Below, in pieces: positions 63,085 through 64,000 of a stretch of 64,000 nt of DNA. Positions within the stretch are counted from its first letter, which is position 1; every line of letters begins with the position of its first letter. A program made the translations under genes and the position numbers. A model generated the notes under the pieces. It searched no databases and was not told where the DNA came from. It was given only the letters and a program-made list of their open reading frames with translations. The stretch spans positions 868,001 to 932,000 of the forward strand of contig NW_027590134.1 in NCBI RefSeq assembly GCF_964213995.1, written 5' to 3'. This stretch comes from Mustelus asterias. Lineage: Eukaryota.

Positions 63085-64000
63085 TTAAGACCATAAGACC
63101 ATAAGACATAGGAGCGGAAGTAAGGCCATTCGGCCCATCGAGTCCACTCCACCATTCAATCATGGTTGATTTCAACTCCATTTACCCGCTCTCTCCCCAT
63201 AGCCCTTAATTCCTCGAGAAATCAAGAATTTATCAATTTCTGTCTTGAAGACGCTCAACGTCTCGGCCTCCACAGCCCTCTGTGGCAATGAATTCCACAG
63301 ACCCACCACTCTCTGGCTGAAGAAATTTCTCCTCATCTCTGTTGTAAAGTGACTCCCTTTTATTCTAAGGCTGTGCCCCCGCGTCCTAGTCTCCCCTGTT
63401 AATGGAAACAACTTCCCTACGTCCATCCTATCTAAGCCGTTCATTATCTTGTAAGTTTCTATCAGATCTCCCCTCAACCTCCTAAACTCCAATGAATATA
63501 ATCCCACGATCCTCAGACGTTCATCGTATGTCAGGCCTACCATTCCTGGGATCATCCGTGTGAATCTCCGCTGGACCCGCTCCAGTGCCAGTATGTCCTT
63601 CCTGAGGTGTGGGGCCCAAAATTGCTCACAGTACTCCAAATGGGGCCTAACCAGTGCTTTATAAAGCCTCAGAAGTACATCCCTGCTTTTGTATTCCAAG
63701 CCTCTTGAGATAAATGACAACATTACATTTGCTTTCCTAATTACGGACTCAACCTGCAAGTTTACCTTTAGAGAATCCTGGACTAGGACTCCCAAGTCCC
63801 TTTGCACTTTAGCATTATGAATTTTGTCACCGTTTAGAAAATAGTCCATGCCTCTATTCTTTTTTCCAAAGTGTACGACCTCGCACTTGCCCACGTTGAA
63901 TTTCATCAGCCACTTCTTGGACCACTCTCCTAAACTGTCTAAATCTTTCTGCAGCCTCCCCACCTCCTCAATACTACCTGCCCCTCCACCTATCTTTGTA
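63085..64000 (-). mobile_element. Young CR1 3' end that continues beyond the window
   Basis: Uninterrupted 263-aa RT C-terminus and a (taagacca)n tail. Confidence 0.9.

Overview
Vertebrate genomic DNA, most likely from a shark or other elasmobranch (inferred from the repeat families and histone tails). It holds a dispersed replication-dependent histone set with one gene each of H1(+), H4(+), H3.2(+), H2A(-) and H2B(-), all carrying the 3' stem-loop and a histone downstream element. These are interspersed with four apparently intact tRNA genes (Ser-TGA, Gly-TCC, Leu-CAG, iMet-CAT) and two tRNA pseudogenes. Most of the rest is CR1 LINE fragments, tRNA-derived SINEs, Penelope-like elements with hammerhead ribozyme motifs, LTR remnants and three TGTGG-containing satellites; most short ORFs in the track are artefacts of these repeats. 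Four observations stand out: (1) a ~317-bp, highly structured element headed by U2 snRNA nt 1-39, whose A-tail is fused to the ATG of H2A in place of its promoter; (2) a palindromic LTR-derived insertion with a 5-bp TSD whose geometry fits fold-back at a Tf1/sushi-type self-priming site; (3) a 547-bp-arm Penelope palindrome and a family of Penelope relics whose inverted arms stop at the same position; (4) nested insertions landing inside hammerhead motifs. All alignments and folds were done by eye, and repeat boundaries are approximate.
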